NCBI GenBank assembly: GCA_043228905.1
Contig: JBHGNT010000006.1
Location: forward strand, 12,772,001 to 12,836,000
Length of the DNA stretch: 64,000 nt
Direction of reading: 5' to 3'
From: Azolla caroliniana
Lineage: Eukaryota; Plantae; Polypodiophyta
Positions 38,148-51,500 of this stretch are shown here, piece by piece. Position 1 is the first letter of the stretch, and each line of letters begins with the position of its first letter. The notes under the pieces were generated by a model. It did no database searches, was not told the origin of the DNA, and saw nothing but the letters and a program-made list of their open reading frames with translations. The position numbers and the translations under genes were made by a program.

Positions 38148-40412
38148 GTCTTTCTCGATGATTTCGCCGTGTATGGGACGAGAGGAGAAAATTTGGGCCG
38201 TTTACGGCTATGTTTGGAATGATGCCATACCTCACGCCTCAGCCTTAACATTGGTAAATGCGCAATTGGGGTTGCTGGTGGAGCTCTGCTCGATCACATC
38301 GTGAGCAAGGAGGGGATCGCGGTAGATCCCAGGAAAATTAAGGCTATTGTGGAAGCAAAAACTCCCAACAACACAAATACGCCGGCAGAGCCGTATGTTA
38401 CGATATTTGGCGGATTTCGCAACCCCCTACACGTTGCAGTACATTGTACTCCATTCAAATGGATGGCAACAAAAGACAAGGCTTACGAGGCAAGGAGGGG
38501 ATCGCAGTAGATCCCAGCAAAATTAAGGCTATCGTGGAAGCAAAAACTCCCAACAACGCAAATACACCGACACAACTGTATGTTACGATATTTGGCGGAT
38601 TTCGCAAACCCCCTACACGCTGGAGTACACCATACTCTATTCAAATGGACGGCAACAGAAGACAAGGCGTACGAGGCACTAAAAATCATGTTGACCCAAG
38701 CACCCATCGTAAAGCCCCCAGGATGGTCCAAATCATTCCACATATTCATAGATGCCTCCGACATCGCAATCGACAACACACTAATGCAGCTCACTGAGCC
38801 TAGTTGGTACCGACCGGTATACTACTCCAGCCGCAAATTATCTGACGCGGAGCGAAACTATTCAACGACAGAGCGTGAAGCCCTAGGAATGATCTACACC
38901 ATAAATAAATTTCATGTGGACCATGCAACACTACTCTACTTAGTAGAGAAATAGGCGTTAACCGGGAAATTAGCCAAATGGATGTTGCTCTCCAGGAATT
39001 CGAATTCACAATCCAACATAGACTTGGGACATAGCATGCCGTAGCAGATTATCTAAGCCGAATAGACAACCGCGATGACGCAATACAATGAGACGACGAT
39101 TTCCCCAACATCGATATTCTGCGGGTTGTGGCCACAATGACACAAGAAGAGAAGAATTTTCTGGACCGATGGCTGATAGAAATGACCTGCTTCTTGACGA
39201 CAAAAAGAAAAGACTCGCAGTACGGAGCTGGAATTTCTATGTAGTTGAGGAAGTACTAGGGGAGCGACAATATCTAGAGGCACAGTATACGGCAATATGA
39301 GAAGGATGTTGTTTTACGCGAAGCTCACTCCGGTACGACAGGAGGCCATTACGCAGGAGATGTTACAACCCGAAAAGTGTGGCAAGTAGGCTTTTGGTGG
39401 CCGACTACACAAAAGGATGTGTATCACTATTGTAAAGAGTGTGACCTCTGCCAAACCTCTGCCAATGCATGGGCTGACCCACGGAGCTCGCACAAATGCC
39501 GCACTAGCCAGTGCTTCCACTCGACCCTTTTCAGAAATGGGGTCTCGATTTTGTTGGCCCCTTTACTCTAGCAGTGGCATGAACAGGGAATAAATATATC
39601 CTAGTCACCATGGAACGAAAATGGGTAGAAGTGAAAGCATTACGGGATAACACCGGGGCGTCCATGATGAATTTTATATACGAACAAATTTGGTGCCGTT
39701 TTGGCTGTTCGATAAAACTCATCAGCGATCAAGGAAGTCATTTTTTGAATGTGGTTATTCATGACCTCACAGCTCATTACGCCGTAGTACATAAGAAGAG
39801 TACGTCATATTATCCCCAAGCGAATGGGTTAGCGGAATCGACAAACAAAATGCTATAGAATATACTGAAAAAGATCGTTAATGAGAATAGAACAAACTAG
39901 GACACAAAGCTGCATAGCACCTTCTGGGCTTACCGCACAAGCTATAAGACTAGCATACAATCAACCCCCTTCTGACTAGCATTTGAGATGGAAGCCGTAA
40001 TGCCCATTGAATTTCAGGTACCCAGCTTGCGCATTCAAATCCGCGAAAGACTGTCGAAAGGCTAGTCTGAACAAATTCGCCTACAACAATGACTCAAATT
40101 AGGCGAAGCGAGAGTCCGCAGTATGGCAATCTTGGAACACGAGCAACGACAACGAAAATCATTTGTAGACCGACATTGCGGCACTAGTGAAAAGCATTTT
40201 AAAATTCGTAAAGCGGTCTTAGTTTTCCAAACTTGAATGGGCTAAATGCCGGGGAAACTATGGTTCCGTTGGACAAGGCCGTATTGGATAATAGGGGCCA
40301 AAAACGGAACATTCCAATTAGGCACCCTCGCAAGCAAAGTATTACGGCAAAAAGTAAACGGGTTCTGCCTTAAGCCGTACTTGGAACCTATGCCGCCAAA
40401 TCCATTTCGTTA
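38148..40412 (+). mobile_element. Ty3/gypsy pol 3' half (RT FLDD, RNase H, integrase); plausibly the continuation of 26939-30216
   Basis: VFLDDFAVYG, DASDIAI, YYSSRKL..NYSTTEREAL, WGLDFVGP, ISDQGSHF, YYPQANGLAESTNK; ~185-bp diverged tandem duplication 38305-38675. Confidence 0.9.
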
Positions 40413-40749
40413 AAACAAAATATGGCCGTTGGCCGCATCGACAAATAGATAGGGCCCACTTCTAGAAAATGTAACAGTAGTATTGTACTTTACTGTTAAA
40501 AAAAAAAAAAGAAGAAGAAGAAGAAGAAGAGAAGACAGGCACAACTGTTAAAAGGGCCTTCATGTAGGCACACTTTCCAAAGAATGGAACACGTGTCGGC
40601 GCAATCATGCATAGACCCATGAACCCTAAGTCACAAAAAGAGGAGAACAGGCGGTTTTGTGCACATTACAGAAAACAAACTCAAGCCTTCTGCTCTCCTT
40701 GCTCTCCTCGCTCCCCTGCCTATCTTAGACACTACGGTCGGAGTACCCT

Positions 40750-42250
40750 GCGTGCTCTACCTCATAACGACTTACCTTTCTATCCCTGCTAGGAGAATAT
40801 GACGATTTCCATATCCTCGGTGCTGCAATGATGGCTCCTTGAAAAGGGTTTTGAAGGCTACATACAGGTAGCAAAGGCGTTTCCACACCCCCATGCCCAA
40901 GAAATTGCGAAAAACCTCAATGTCGACATAGTCACGAACGTTAGCATTAGAAAGAAGTTGGGCTTGATCGTAAAAGGCGAAAAACACTTCGAAATCCCCC
41001 CTACAGAAGCCTTGGAGAAATATTTCAGAGAGTATTCAACCTCTGCCAAGGCGTACAGGACAAAGGATATCCCGAATTCCTTTTTTCGAGAGTTGGCGAA
41101 GTTCCTGTTGGAAGTCAGTTGTGTCCATGTAAACGCTTGTAACAAGATGCCAAAGCAGAAAGTCAACATCGTCATTGACACATTTGAAGGCCGCTCCATT
41201 CAATGGGGGGTAATCATGGGCCCAACGCTAAGGGAAGGCCTTCACGCATTTCAGGTCAGGAAAAAGCTGCATCCAATAATAAAACAGTACTTAACCATAT
41301 TGTTCCCTCCCCGATAACTTCCCACCCCGGACACAAGTAGACCCACGAATACACCTCGGTCCGCGAAACGGAGGTTAATAGAGCTCGCAACAACGGAATG
41401 GGAGGAAACACCGAACCCTTCCACCACTGAAGCAGCTCTGACACGAGAAGAGCAACAGACCAACCACTTCTACTTCACGGAAGCGCCAACTATGGTCGAG
41501 CAGGATGAGCAAGAGTCGAATTGAGGCAGTCCTAGGTCAAAGCGTCGACGGCTGGATAGGAAGCACATGCGCGAACTAGTAAAAGATATGATTGTGTGGG
41601 TCGAAGATTCTGCTCCCACGGAGCCCACTTCCACATTGGAACTCATTCACGAACCGCGGCCGATCATAACCGCACAATCACAACGCGGTAAAGGCATGCT
41701 CACAGCGGAAAGTGAAGTGTTAAACTATCTGGACATTCCGAATACGACCCATGAGTTCAGCACATTGTTGCATTTTGGTACGACATACGAATTCATCGAT
41801 TTCCTGGCGACACAACAGATAAAAGTCTCCGAGCGAATGGCCGAGAAGCACGTCGAACAACAAAGGATCGAGCGTGCACTAACACCGACGGAGGAGAGTG
41901 AGGATGAAGAACCACTAGCAAAACTAGGCAGGAAGTGCAATGCGGGGGTGCGCTGTGTCAAAATTGAACTCCCTCCACTAAATGCGGCCTTAGTGGAGGT
42001 GCATAGGGAGTTGGCAAGGGTCAGTCTGGGTGCCAAAGACATGGCGGTTAAGAATAAAAATATGTGGAAAAATGTCAAAATAACATAGGACCAATTAAAT
42101 AAGGCGCAAGAGCGCATCACACAGTTGGAGAATAACGCGACTACTATGCAACACCCTCCAGCTACTACCTCCCACGACATCGAAGTGACAACTCTACGGG
42201 AGGAGGTAGCGGCTCAAGCAGCAATATCAGTGTTGAGAGATCGAGCTCAA
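40750..42250 (+). pseudogene. Extra sense ORF downstream of Gypsy integrase (globular part + coiled coil), function unknown
   Basis: Collinear ORF pieces 40958-41317 and 41567-42088 separated by point stops; no pol motifs. Confidence 0.6.
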
Positions 42251-44503
42251 CTTAGGTTAGTTATTTAGTCAACCTTGTAACTTCGTAGTTACCTAGATAG
42301 AATCTAGTTAGGAGTGTTGATTATAAACCCTTAAATAGGATTTTGTACTTGTATGTAAGTGGGGATACAATCAAGATCCTCCACTACCAAGTATATTTAA
42401 TTTAGGACTTACACCTTAGTACCTATATTCTACTCACACATGTGCATTTTTGTATATATACCTCGTTGTAGGTATTTTTCTATTTGCTAATGATGATGCT
42501 AATTTAATATAGAGTTGTGAAGAATAGTGTGCGGAAGCAATAGAAAACCAAACACAGAAAATACGCAGGTTTAATGGAGAGCTTGAGTATACACAGTACG
42601 CGGGAGAGACAGAGAGAGAGAGAGAACACACAGAAAACAATTCAAAATAATACTCAATCTGTACATAGGATGTGCTCAGTGAGCACTTTTATACAAGTCC
42701 ATATGGACTAACAGAAGTACTGACACGTACTTCAATGCTCATAAATGAGCTTTGCACTAACTCCCAAAATATATTCCTATGCGGAATATCTTTCCAACGG
42801 CCTCACGGTTTACGCACCGCTACGACTTCTCGTTGCATACCGATCTGTGCTCCGGTTTACACACCCGTTTTACGCACCGGTACGGCCTAACCGATCGATC
42901 CCAACCGATCTGGTTCTCGGCTTGCACAACCGATCCGGCCAATCTTGAGCTTGTATCTCAACACTCCCCCTCAAGCTCAACTTGATGTTCCATCCGCTCT
43001 TCCGGATCTCCGCTTCGGTTCCTTCTAGCTCCACGCCTTGCTCGCGCTCCTCGACCAATTTGATTTCGCGCGCCTCGACCCTTCCGATCAGCTTGCGTGC
43101 CCGTGCGCCCCTTCTTAGCTTCATTGTTGTTGCGGTGTTGGCGCTTCTTCTGCTGCCTTTTGTTCCGCTTGGTCCTTGGTTGATTCAGCGTATCCGAATC
43201 AAACATCCGAACCGACTTGGCTTCCTTCGATCGGCTTTCGCTCTCGTTCGAGTTGGTTGTCTCCAACTCATCTTTGGTCTTCTCGCCCTTGATGGCTTTG
43301 TCTCCTCCACGCTTGGTTGGCTTCGGCTCTTCCTTTCTACAACTCCCCTTATGTTCGCTTTCGGAATGTTCCACGTGGCCGCCCTCGGCATCACGGTCTT
43401 CGCCTTCCGGAAATTCTCTCCCCCGTCCGTGGTCATTCGGGATGTCTCTCCCCCTCAAGTTCGGCACATCGAGGTGACACAACCCAAGCGCACCCGAGAA
43501 TTGCCGTAACTTGTCCAAACCAAGAGGCTTGGTGACGATGTTGGCGGTCTACTGAGCCGTCGGAACATACTGAAGTTCGACTTCACCAGAGAGAACACGC
43601 TCATGGACAAAATGGTAATGCACCTCAATGTGCTTGGTCCGGGCGTGGAACACAGGGTTTTTCGCAAGGTGGATACTATTGAGGTTGTCACAATAGATCG
43701 TCGTCGGATCGGATACCTCCACATGTAGATCCCGTAATAACCATTTCAGCCAAATGACTTTCCACGTAGCGACAGTCGCCCCTCGATACTTGGCCTCCGT
43801 GCTAGATAATGTTACTATCGGCTGCTTCTTACTACTCCATGGAATCGCCACACTTCCTAGAGAGAATGCGTATCCGGATGTGGATCTACAATCGTGGGCG
43901 TTTCCGGCCCAATCGGCATCCGTGTAGCCAACTAACTGTTCGGCTACGCTTGCTTGATAAAACAAAGCCATGTCTTTCATGCCGCTGACATAACAGTGTT
44001 CGGCTGTAGGCTGTGACATAAATTGACTGATTAAGCCGACCGGGTAGCTGAGATCTGGCCGAGTAATCGTCAAGTAGATGAGGCTTTTGACAATTTGGCG
44101 AAACCGTGTCGGGTCGCACGCCTTTCCCGAACCTCAACGAAGCTTTACGTTTTTGTCTAGAGGGGTCGAGATGGGCTTACAATTTGCCATCCCGAACTTG
44201 AAGAGCATGTTTAGCACGTAATGATGCTGACTGATCAATATGCGCTCGAGGGTGCGAATCACTTCGATCCCAAGGAAGTAATGAAGGTCTCCTAGATCCT
44301 TCATGTCGAATGATGCTGCAAGTTGGAGCTTCATGCGGTTGATTTCACTTAGATCGGTGCCGGTGATGACCAAATCATCAACATAAAGTAGAATAGTAAC
44401 CGGCCCGAGTCGACCTCTCCAGATGAACAGTGAGGAGTCTGATTTCGACGTTGCAAAGCCCATCTGACACAGTTGTTGCGTGATCTTTGTGTTCTAGGCA
44501 CGC

Positions 44504-47500
44504 TGTCGTGTGAATCTTCACACGCTATGTAAAAAAATAATGAAATAATTATTATAGATTAGATTAGTAGAGTATTATAGAAAAATGGATATACTCAAGA
44601 GCTTCAAAACGTTTTTTACTATATACAAAATGGAGAAATACATATCAAGTTATGAGAAAATAAAGTTTGAGAAGATAGGGAAATTAAAACTATCCCACAT
44701 AGATAGGAAAGTTAAGGCCCTGGCTATATAAACACCTTGAGCTCCCTCATTTTTCATCTGTGCTAAGAGCACTTTGGCCACTTTGTCTTGATGGATAATG
44801 GTGGCCAAATTCCCTAAAACCGGAAACCGCCGGTAAGCAAATCCGGAAACCGGCAGGTATGCAATCCGGAAACCAGCCGGTATGCAATCCGGAAACCAGC
44901 CGGTATGCAATTCGGAAACCAGCTGATATGCAATCTAGAAACCGGCCGGTATGCAAAATCGGAACCAGCTGGCAAGCGAACCGGAAACCGGCCGGCAAGC
45001 AAAACCGGAACCGGAACCTGCCGGCAAGCAAAACCGGAACCGGAACCGGCTGGCAAGCAAAACCGGAACCGGAACCAGCAAGCAAACCGGAACCGATCGG
45101 CAAGCAAAATGGAACCGGCTACAGGACGAGGTTGGACGCGGACGAACGAAAGATTGGATCATGCAACAAACTAAAGTAAAGGTCAAGTGGACGGTCGCAT
45201 GCAACTAAAGAAAAAGCCATGCAACTAAAAATAGATTCAACGAAAAGAAAAGCTATGCAACTAAAAGTGGAGGCATATGATCAACGAGGAACTCCATATA
45301 TAATTCCATTTTTTTTCCTATACTGTCATACTCTCCATATTATCTTAATTTTCTTCTCAACTCCCTTATCTTAGGGAAGCCATAACTCTCATAAACCCTA
45401 AAATTCCCTACGGAAGCCATAACACTCAAAAACCCTAATCTTCCCTACGGAAGCCATAATACTCATATAACCTAATCCTAATCTTCCCTACGGAAGCCAT
45501 ATCTACCAAAACCCCTAATTTTTCTTTTCTATTAATCTTAGTAAACCTAAAACTTCTAAATCCCAATCTTGGGACATATTGTAATTTCTTTTTCCTTTGT
45601 TAATGAAAATTATTAAATTTCTTCTTTCTGTTATTTGTTAAAAAATATAAACGCACGAATGTGATTATCCTCTGGTCGAAGGCCCCGGGGTCTTGCCTCA
45701 ACGTTCACGTATCCTCGTCGTATTTTCGCGACATCTTTGGTGAACCCGACGTGAAACGAGGCGGTAGGAGGATATCTCATGGAGGCATATAGATATAAAG
45801 AGCCAAAGAGATGCAAACTATACGAGTTCGATCAATGGGTATCATCATTAAAGACCCACCAAAGTGCCATGCATGCTTTTGTTGAGTTCGAGTGTCGCTT
45901 TGTACAACTCTCGGAGCGGGATCAAAGATTGGTGGGGGTGGAAAAAGTCCTAATGTTTGTGAAATCGATAGACCGGAAGGAAAGGAATGCCATTGGAATC
46001 CGACTTGAAGATGACGATGGTGCAAATGGCCTCACAGAAGATTGGACGAAAGTGGAAAGGGTATGTCGACTTCACGATGAGAGGAAGGCAAGATTCTCAT
46101 CGGTGACAACACAACGTACTACGAATGGTGAAAAGAGGACGGGAAGCAACTACAAACTACTACCTAAAGAAGAAAACTCGAAGAGGGAAGGTTCAACAAT
46201 ACTCGACATAGAAGTCTTGATGGAAGAGGCATTCGAGAACTTAAAGGCACAAGTTGAAGCCGAAGAGAAGCTTCAAAGGGAGCAGAAACTGAAGCAAATG
46301 ATGAGCGAGGAAGTGAAGGCCAAAACTAACACATGCAAAGAAGAGGGAAGAATAATCGAGGATTGCTCGATTGAGAAGGTCAATGGGTATGAGGCCGATG
46401 AATTTGAAGAGATGGCCACAGATAACGAATTAGAGATAGAGGTGGCTATGGACAACACAATGAAGGAGGATGGCAAGTGTGCCGAGACTTCTTCCCCACT
46501 ATTTCAAGATATTTGGGCAATGGTAGACGAGAACATATCGGTCGGTGGAGAAAGGGCCATCACCGAAGAGACATACCCGAACCAAACAAAGACCCAAGAG
46601 ATGGAAGGTGGTAACGAGGAAGTGAAGGTCAATGTTGATATATACGATGAAGAGGTCAAACAAAGCACAATGGTGCATGACAATGGCCAAGCGATCCAAG
46701 TGAAGTCTAAGGGTATTCCGCGAGATATGATTCCATGCTCCGACTCAAAAGGGGATTCTAGTGTGAAGATCAAACAAACGATGGTCAACTATCACACGAG
46801 AGCATACCATGAAAAAGGTGGATGTGGGAAACATGAAATGTGGTCATCCCAGATTTTGAAAGTGAGCGTGGACTTGAAGCATGGGCCACAAGGAGTAGTC
46901 AAAGTCAATGTTCAAGTGAGGTCTAATGAAGACAAACCTAGATTGATGAAAGAAGGAAGACTAAATTGCGTTAACCATGGCGATGGTCGAAATGAAGGTA
47001 GCACTTGCATGATGCATGAAGGGTTATGCTTTGGGAAGGCAGAAGAGGACATGAAAACCAAATATGGCAATGCAAAGCTCAGACAAAGGATTTGGTGGTT
47101 TGGATGGTCTCCATGGTTATGGTGGAAAGAATGGTCATGGTGGCATTGGAAGAAGAAAGATAAGGAACCAACGAGTTGGTTCAAGGTCAATCTCTATCAT
47201 AGATAGTTAGCTTATGAAGGAAAGAAAATATTACGACAAGGATTAAAGATTTCAACTAGGAGGATACAACTCAATAACACAATTGGCACATACCGGTGGA
47301 TGTGCAGGTTTGGTGGGGGTGAATGTCGTGTGAATCTTCACACGCTATGTAAAAAAATAATGAAATAATTATTATAGATTAGATTAGTAGAGTATTATAG
47401 AAAAATGGATATACCCAAGAGCTTCAAAACGTTTTTTACTATATACAAAATGGAGAAATACATATCAAGTTATGAGAAAATAAAGTTTGAGAAGATAGGG

Positions 47501-48516
47501 AAATTAGAACTATCCCAAATAGATAGGAAAGTTAAGGCCCTGGCTATATAAACACCTTGAGCTCCCTCATTTTTCATTTGTGCTAAGAGCACTTTGGCCA
47601 CTTTGTCTTGATGGATGATGGTGGCCAAATTCCCTAAAACCGGAAACCGCCGGTAAGCAAATCCGGAAACCGGCCGGTATGCAAAACCGGAACCAGCTGA
47701 CAAGCGAACCGGAAACCGGCCGACAAGCAAAACCGGAACCAGGACCGGCAAGCAAACCAGAACCGGTCAGCAAGCAAAACCGGAACCAGAATCGGCAAGC
47801 AAAAACCGGAACCGGCCGACAAGCAAAACTGGAATCGGAAGGCAAATCGGAACTGGCCGGCAAGCAAAACCTGAACCGATCGGCAAGCAAAATGGAACCG
47901 GCTACGGGACGAGGTTGGACGCGGACGAACGAAAGATTGGATCATGCAACAAACTAAAGTAAAGGTCAAGTGGACGGTCGCATGCAACTAAAGAAAAATC
48001 CATGCAACTAAAAATAGATTCAACGAAAAGAAAAGCTATGCAACTAAAAGTGGAGGCATATGATCAACGAGGAACTCCATATATAATTCCATTTTTTTTC
48101 CTATACTGTCATACTCTCCATATTATCTTAATTTTCTTCTCAACTCCCTTATCTTAGGGAAGCCATAACTCTCATAAACCCTAAAATTCCCTACGGAAGC
48201 CATAACACTCAAAAACCCTAATCTTCCCTACGGAAGCCATAATACTCATATAACCTAATCCTAATCTTCCCTACGGAAGCCATATCTACCAAAACCCCTA
48301 ATTTTTCTTTTCTATTAATCTTAGTAAACCTAAAACTTCTAAATCCCAATCTTGGGACATATTGTAATTTCTTTTTCCTTTGTTAATGAAAATTATTAAA
48401 TTTCTTCTTTCTGTTATTTGTTAAAAAATATAAACGCACGAATGTGATTATCCTCTGGTCGAAGGCCCCGGGGTCTTGCCTCAACGTTCACGTATCCTCG
48501 TCATATTTTCGCGACA
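44504..48516 (+). mobile_element. Non-autonomous LTR element; LTRs 44504-45733 and 47324-48516; tRNA-Trp PBS; single ORF
   Basis: TGTCGT..CGCGACA ends, 4-bp TSD ACGC, PBS TGGTGAACCCGACGTGAA 45738-45755, PPT GGTGGGGGTGAA before 47324. Confidence 0.93.
45779..47206 (+). CDS. 475-aa ORF with gag-like N-terminus, acidic middle and Trp-rich end
   Basis: Uninterrupted ATG-to-stop ORF between PBS and PPT; gag-likeness inferred from position and the helical segment FECRFVQLSERDQ..KVLMFVKSID..GLTEDW. Confidence 0.65.
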   Translation: MEAYRYKEPKRCKLYEFDQWVSSLKTHQSAMHAFVEFECRFVQLSERDQRLVGVEKVLMFVKSIDRKERNAIGIRLEDDDGANGLTEDWTKVERVCRLHDERKARFSSVTTQRTTNGEKRTGSNYKLLPKEENSKREGSTILDIEVLMEEAFENLKAQVEAEEKLQREQKLKQMMSEEVKAKTNTCKEEGRIIEDCSIEKVNGYEADEFEEMATDNELEIEVAMDNTMKEDGKCAETSSPLFQDIWAMVDENISVGGERAITEETYPNQTKTQEMEGGNEEVKVNVDIYDEEVKQSTMVHDNGQAIQVKSKGIPRDMIPCSDSKGDSSVKIKQTMVNYHTRAYHEKGGCGKHEMWSSQILKVSVDLKHGPQGVVKVNVQVRSNEDKPRLMKEGRLNCVNHGDGRNEGSTCMMHEGLCFGKAEEDMKTKYGNAKLRQRIWWFGWSPWLWWKEWSWWHWKKKDKEPTSWFKVNLYHR

Positions 48517-51500
48517 ACGCGAGGCTTGTTTTAGTCCATCAAGGGACTTCTTCAATCGGCACTCCGCTGAAGTGTTCATTCCAGAGTGAAATTCGGGGGG
48601 CTGGACCATGTACACTTGTTCCTCAAGCTCACCTTGCAGGAACACATTCTTTACATCCATATGATGTAAGTGCCACCCCTTTGCTGCAACTACCGCAAGC
48701 AAAACACGGACGATCATCATCTTTGCGACTGGCACAAACGTCTCATCGTAGTCGATGTTGTGTTGTTGCGCGTAGTCTTTTTCTTCTAATCGGGCCTTGT
48801 ATTGGTTGTCCGAGCCGTCAGTGTTGTACTTGACCTTGGACACCCACCTACATCCTATGGGCTTGACACCTTTCGGTGCGGTGCGTCAACCAGGTCCCAA
48901 GTCTCATTTTCCTCCAATGCGCACATCTCTTCCGCCATCGTGGCACGCCAATTCGCGTCTTTTCGCCGCTTCTGTGTAGCTCTCTGGCTCACGCACTTCC
49001 ACTACACGCATCATGTATGCATAGTGATGTGCCATGTACTGGTAACCAAACCACAGAACAGGGTTCTTCTGGCAGGTAGATTGGCGTAACTGCTCATTTG
49101 CCGATGTTGAGGCTTTCTTGGCTGATGCCGACTTCACTTTCGAAGACCCGTCATCAGTTCCCTCGTAGTTGGACTAGTGTCGATCTGACTGGTTCCTATC
49201 CGTGTCATAATCCAACATCTTCTTCTTCCCTTTTCCCTTGTGCGTAAGCCGTCTCCTTGGCTTCCTGAGCGGGGAATGCACGGCCGAGTCTCCACTACTT
49301 GCCGGCCCTACTTCGGACTGGTCAAACCGACCCAGTCGCTCGTTCGGTCCACTTAACCGAAACGAGATTGAACTCTCTTCGAGGGTCCCGATTTCATCCT
49401 CATCAAGAGGCACTTCAGCGTTGTTAACCTCATCGCTAGAGCTCGGATTGGAGTTGAGGTCCGCAGTCAAAGGCAAGTACCACTTATAACGTCCTTGTTT
49501 GGTGTGAGGGTTAGAACACTTATAACTCTTCTCCTCGTCCGAATAGCTGACAAAGATACACTTCTCGGCTTTCACGTCCAACTTCCTCCGTTTCTCCTTT
49601 GGCACATGCACATACACAATGCTACCGAAGACTCTCAAGTGTCGTAGATTCAGTTTCCTCCCGAAATACTGCTCATGTGCCGACACTTTGTCTTTGATCC
49701 GATTTTGGATGTACACCGCGGTTCATACTGCCTCGGCCCCATAGAACTTGGGAAAACTCTTCTCCTCCGGCATTGCCCGTGCCGCTTCCACAACCGATGG
49801 ATGTTTCCTTTCGGCCACGCCATTTTGCTTCGGCGTATATCTGAAACTAAATTCGCGTCAAATTCCCATATGTTGTAGATACTCGTTGAATTGACAGGAA
49901 AAGTACTCTTTTACACCATCCAACCATTCGCACTTGATCTTTCTTCCTGTTTCCCTTTTGAAGAAACTCTTGGGGTCCCGGAAATAGTCGAAGACTTCAC
50001 TCTTCTTCTCAATGAGGTAGATACACATGTGCCGCGTATAGTTGTCGATGAAGGAGACGAAATACCGACACCCGCCACGACTAACGTTCTATGTCGCCCC
50101 CATACATCAGAATGTATCAAGTCGAGATTGTTCCGGCTCTGGTTTCTTCCCTAGGTGACAGGCTTCACAAATTTGTGCCTTCTGGCCGCTAAATTTGGGG
50201 AATCCGAAAACCACCTTTTTCGATTGCAGGTCCTGAAGCCATTGATAGTTGACGTGGCCTATCCTCTTGTGCCATAAGTCGATATCTGACTCGACTTTTT
50301 GTCCTTTCGCGAACATTGTGGTTCCACTATGACTAGAGTCGAGGATAAACATCCTCCTGTCTCTCCACCCTTGCGCAATAACTCGACCTTCTTCCTCGAT
50401 AAAGCACCCGAGATGCGTGAACCAGACCTGCATCCCATGGTCGACGATCTGCCCGACCGACACCAAATTCTCTGTGATTGTTGGGACGTGTAACACGTTC
50501 ATGAGTTTCCCTATCTGCCCGACATGGCTCAGGGGAACTTCACCGACATTTGCTATCAAATGCGGAGTGTCGTGTCCGGTTGCAACTACTCTCGGTTGCA
50601 TCGGTTTCTCAAGGTATGAGAACCACTCCTTGTGGCACGTCATGTGGTTTGACTCACCGGAGTCGATGTACCACACCTCGTCCGATTTCGGAGTGGACTT
50701 CTTCATCGAGTTCGCTTCATGTCTTGTCACGAAGGCTGACCCTTTTCCGGCTTTTCTGGACCCTTCGGCGTAGTGCGATCGCGGCCGATTAGCCTTGTTG
50801 GTTTGTTCGGAACCTGATCTGGATCCGGTCCTCTCCGAATCGGCGCGCTTCTTCCAACACTCGCCCTCCTTGTGGCCTTTCTTGCCACAATACCAGCATT
50901 CCATGACGGATTTCCCTTGCCGGTTCTCGTCGCCTCGACTCCCCCTGTTTTCGGAGGGTCTAGAATTGTTGTCGGCATCACTTCGGTGGCTTCTTCCTTG
51001 ATCCCATCGGCCGCTTCCATTGTGTGCCGACTCGCCTCGTCCGCCACGACCACAGGGCTTCTCTCCCTTCGTGTACAACATCTTGCTATCGACATGCGTG
51101 CTCGTCGACGCACCCGCGTGGTTCTCCTCTATAAGGAGTATCGACTGTAGGTCGAAAAACGACGAAGTATTCTCCCGTGTACACACATTAGTTCGGAATG
51201 CTACGAACTTCGACGCCAGTCCCCCAAGATAGATCTGCATCATCTCGCCTTACTAGACGTTCACATTGATAAAGGCTAAGGAGTCTCATATCTCTTTGAT
51301 CGTCGAGGTGTAATCAGCCACTGACAAGTCGCGTTGTCGTAAGTTGCTCAGCTCTTGTCGGAGTTGATGCTTCTTGGCTATGGTGCTTCCAGCGAAAATC
51401 TTCTTCAGATTTCCCCAAGCATCTTTCGGCGTTCTTGTTTCCCGAATGTAGCTTAGGAGTTGTTCGCCCACACAAGACACGACGCAATATAGTACTCTGC

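Noticed and set aside
15620-42515. AGT-containing target preference of Copia insertions (CGAGT, AGTTT, GAGTT, AGAGT)
   Set aside because: The motif is not in register across sites, two flanks are one-sided, and there are too few sites
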